In this document: in pieces, positions 61,228 to 64,000 of the stretch
Layout: every line of letters begins with the position of its first letter
Numbering within the stretch: the first letter of the stretch is position 1
Source: an uncultured Verrucomicrobiae bacterium
GTDB lineage: Bacteria; Verrucomicrobiota; Verrucomicrobiia; Chthoniobacterales; JAFAMB01
Direction: 5' to 3'
NCBI GenBank assembly: GCA_963813025.1
Contig: CAWEXO010000013.1
Span: 512,001 to 576,000, forward strand
Length of the DNA: 64,000 nt
The notes under the pieces: model-generated
Told to the model about the DNA's origin: nothing
Seen by the model: the letters and a program-made list of their open reading frames with translations, nothing else
Database searches by the model: none
Program-made: the position numbers and the translations under genes

Positions 61228-61809
61228 ATGTCCGCCGTGCACCTCGCGCTTCTGCGCGCAATTAACCTTGGTCCAATCAACAAAATCTCGATGCCGGATC
61301 TGATCAAAGTTTTTGCTGAAACCGGCTGTCACAATGTTCGGAGTTACATTCAGAGCGGAAATATCATCTTCGAAGCGAGCTCTGAACTCGTTGGCGAAGT
61401 CTCGAAAAGAGTTGCGACAAGAATTCACGACCGGTTTGGATTTCGTGCGCCGGTAATTTTGCGGACCCTGCCCGACATCAAAAAAGTCGTTCGCATCAAC
61501 CCTTTCCTGGAAGAAAAGGCGCCGGCGGACAAACTGCATGTGCTCTTCCTGGCGGATCTCCCGAAAGCGTCCGCCGTTCAGAGCCTGGATCCAAATCGAT
61601 CGCCGCCTAATCGTTTCGCCGCGCGAGGAAAGGAAGTCTATTTGCTTTTCCCGGAAGGTTTTGCCCGGAACAAGCTGACGAATTCCTATTTTGATGCAAA
61701 GCTCGGCATTCAAGGCACGATCAGGACTTGGAGCACCGTCCTCAAGCTGCTTGAAATGATGGAGAAAGCGGAGTCGGGGGAGGGGCGACGGAGGAGACTT
61801 GCGTCTTAG
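61228..61809 (+). CDS. DUF1697 family protein
   Basis: ALLRAINLG, VRSYIQSGNI and T.R.W.TV. Confidence 0.9.
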   Translation: MSAVHLALLRAINLGPINKISMPDLIKVFAETGCHNVRSYIQSGNIIFEASSELVGEVSKRVATRIHDRFGFRAPVILRTLPDIKKVVRINPFLEEKAPADKLHVLFLADLPKASAVQSLDPNRSPPNRFAARGKEVYLLFPEGFARNKLTNSYFDAKLGIQGTIRTWSTVLKLLEMMEKAESGEGRRRRLAS

Positions 61810-61851
61810 CAGATCCCTTGACTCCTTAAACCCCTCCTCCAGTCTATTGCC

Positions 61852-62835
61852 ATGGACTACGTATCCTTCGGAAATACCGGCCTCAAAGTTTCCCGGCTGT
61901 GCCTTGGCTGCATGACCTACGGCAGTTCGCAATGGCGAGACTGGGTGCTTAACGAAGATGATGCCCGACCCTTCTTCAAACAGGCGGTTGACGCTGGGAT
62001 TAATTTCTTTGATACCGCCGATATGTATTCAGACGGTGCTAGCGAAGGGGTGACGGGCCGGTCTTTGAAGAAATTGGGTCTAAAGCGGGAGACTTACGTT
62101 TTGGCCACCAAAGTGTACAACCCGATGGGGGAGAGTCCGAACGAACGAGGGACCTCAAAGAAACACGTCCGTCACGCGATCGAGGCCAGTCTTCGGCGGC
62201 TCGGCCTCGATTATGTCGATCTTTATCAGATTCACCGTTACGACCATTCCACTCCGATGGAAGAGACTCTCGAAGCACTGACCGACGTCGTCTCCGCTGG
62301 TAAAGCGCTGTACATCGGAGCTTCTTCTATGTACGCGTGGGAGTTCCTCAAGTTTCTCAATCTCGCGGATCAGCATGGCTTGGCGCGTTTCGTTTCCATG
62401 CAAAATCATTACAATCTGGTCTACCGCGAAGAGGAGCGTGAGATGAATCCGCTGTGTCTGGATCAAGGCGTAGCCGTGATCCCTTGGAGTCCGCTCGCTC
62501 GAGGATTCCTCACCGGAAACCGGCGCGCGGCTGCTGACAAAGGGGATACCACGAGGGCGAAAAGCGATCAGTTCGCGCATGGAATGTACTTCCAGCCGGG
62601 CGACTTTGACGTGGTAGATCGAGTCACGGAACTTGCCAAAGAACGGGGCGTGAGCAACGCGTCAATCGCGTTGGCCTGGCTTCTTCAGCAGCGCGCAGTG
62701 ACTTCGCCAATTATCGGCGCGACAAAGCCGAATCATCTCGCGGACGCCATCAAAGCGCTGGACCTCAAGCTCACACCAGAGGAAATGAAAAGGCTCGAAG
62801 AACCGTATCGACCCCATCCGGTGCTGGGTTTCTAG
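61852..62835 (+). CDS. Aldo/keto reductase
   Basis: LGCMTYG, FDTADMY, DLYQIHR, MQNHYNL and PWSPLARG. Confidence 0.95.
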   Translation: MDYVSFGNTGLKVSRLCLGCMTYGSSQWRDWVLNEDDARPFFKQAVDAGINFFDTADMYSDGASEGVTGRSLKKLGLKRETYVLATKVYNPMGESPNERGTSKKHVRHAIEASLRRLGLDYVDLYQIHRYDHSTPMEETLEALTDVVSAGKALYIGASSMYAWEFLKFLNLADQHGLARFVSMQNHYNLVYREEEREMNPLCLDQGVAVIPWSPLARGFLTGNRRAAADKGDTTRAKSDQFAHGMYFQPGDFDVVDRVTELAKERGVSNASIALAWLLQQRAVTSPIIGATKPNHLADAIKALDLKLTPEEMKRLEEPYRPHPVLGF

Positions 62836-62837
62836 GG

Positions 62838-62892
62838 GTCCCGAGTTTCGAGTCCCGTGTCCCGAGCCCCATGTCGCGAGTTGCGGGTTGCC
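62838..62892. repeat. Degenerate heptamer tandem repeat (GTCCCGA-like)
   Basis: gtcccga gtttcga gtcccgt gtcccga gccccat gtcgcga gttgcgg, immediately after the AKR stop. Confidence 0.65.
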
Positions 62893-63194
62893 GAAGAAGC
62901 GTCTTTTCGGAAGTTTTGCGCACCCCGCGCTGTCATAAAGCAGCCAGAGTAAGCAAAGTCGTTGTTCAGGTGCTGTTTTTAATCGCGGCAGCTGGTTACT
63001 GTGTCTCGTCGGCTGTGCCAATCAGGGCGTCCTGCCTAACGTGCAGGGCAAGCCATTGTCTGGCTATGTACGACTCACGCAGAAACAGGTTGCATTTCCA
63101 GGAAGCTATTTAAACGACGGATCAGCCCGGGCGAGAGCATCAGCCTGAATATGTGGAAAGAGGAAGGTTCAATGTTGGCAGCGGCGTGCTCGAG

Positions 63195-64000
63195 TCACTC
63201 TGCACGCGCCTGTGCGGCCACGATGCTGGCAACACCTTTCTGGTTGCGCAACAGCTGACCGACATTCCACAGAATGAAACCGCCGGACTCCCGTGGTTTG
63301 ATCGAGGATTCTATAATGAGCTGACGTTGAATTTCCCCAGAAGGCCAGCCGAAGCCGGCACCCATTCTTTCTAAGGCAATACTCGGATAGACCGGAACGC
63401 CCCGTGGGTTCACTTCCGCGCTTCGCCACCAGCGGAGCAAGGCAGAGAAGCTCTGCGCTCCGCCGTCCGGCCAATAGAGTTGGGGAGAAAGGTAGTCGAC
63501 CCAGCCGTTCTTCAGCCACGCCACCGGATCGGCATAAAGATCCCGGAGTTGATCAAGATCGGCGCTGACTTCAGGAGGTTCTCCGTGGGTGTAGATGCCA
63601 AAAGGGCTCACCCCGAACTGCGCATCGGAGCGAATCGATTTTACCGCGGCGTGCAGATCGCGGACCAGCTCGTTTACATTTGCGCGTCGCCAGCTATCGA
63701 GCGGGAGTTTCCCACCGCGCGCAAGATAGTTTGCATAGATCGCCTGATCCGGAAAACTGCCTCGGGAATAGCCATTGCCGGGGTAAGGATAGAAATAGTC
63801 GTCTATCACCAGACCCGCAATCGCATAGCGCCCGACAAGATCACGCGCGACTCGGACGACGTGTTCGCGGACAGCGGGATCGCCCGGATCCATCCATAAA
63901 GCAGAGCCAACCCGATGGAGACTATGGCGAAACTCGTTGGCTTCGTGCGAGGATGCGAGCGGTGCGGAAGCGTTGGTCGCAGCCCGATACGGATTAATCC
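63195..64000 (-). CDS. Glycoside hydrolase family 10-like (GHL10/YddW-type) protein, 5' end outside the window
   Basis: Frame open to the window edge: INPYRA..LWMDPG, IDDYFYPY, FGVSPFGI and DYLSPQLYW. Confidence 0.9.
   Translation of the reverse strand, partial: INPYRAATNASAPLASSHEANEFRHSLHRVGSALWMDPGDPAVREHVVRVARDLVGRYAIAGLVIDDYFYPYPGNGYSRGSFPDQAIYANYLARGGKLPLDSWRRANVNELVRDLHAAVKSIRSDAQFGVSPFGIYTHGEPPEVSADLDQLRDLYADPVAWLKNGWVDYLSPQLYWPDGGAQSFSALLRWWRSAEVNPRGVPVYPSIALERMGAGFGWPSGEIQRQLIIESSIKPRESGGFILWNVGQLLRNQKGVASIVAAQARAE

Noticed and set aside
62950..63150. Degraded lipoprotein gene (LLCLVGC)
   Set aside because: Needs an assumed frameshift, has no clear start and no recognisable domain.

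Overview
A gene-dense, moderately GC-rich bacterial window. The gene set and intergenic repeat types suggest a soil Verrucomicrobia/PVC-type genome (inference only). Positions 1-37 kb are a general-stress/dormancy-type island: DUF892, DUF4142, DUF3008, DUF72, DUF1328, PfpI, topoisomerase IB, MgtC, NRAMP, a GMC oxidoreductase module, a membrane TIR protein and several deletion-scarred pseudogenes. Inside it, 18.5-35 kb is an uncharacterised glycoconjugate cluster: four CgeB-like and two GT4 glycosyltransferases, inositol-3-phosphate synthase, PIG-L deacetylase, GNAT, nucleotidyltransferase, epimerase, a CmoB-like SAM transferase and an apparently circularly permuted GH-A hydrolase. Positions 37-50 kb hold an alternative complex III (actA-G) + SCO + A2-type caa3 oxidase operon, with palindromic repeats inserted between actB and actC and inside the 5' coding region of actE. 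The rest encodes a secreted animal-type heme peroxidase, a UVR-motif protein, an oligopeptide ABC transporter, DUF1697, an aldo/keto reductase and a partial GHL10 hydrolase. Several isolated single-base frameshifts may be sequencing errors. No rRNA, tRNA, CRISPR array or transposase was recognised. All family calls come from motif recognition by eye, not database searches.
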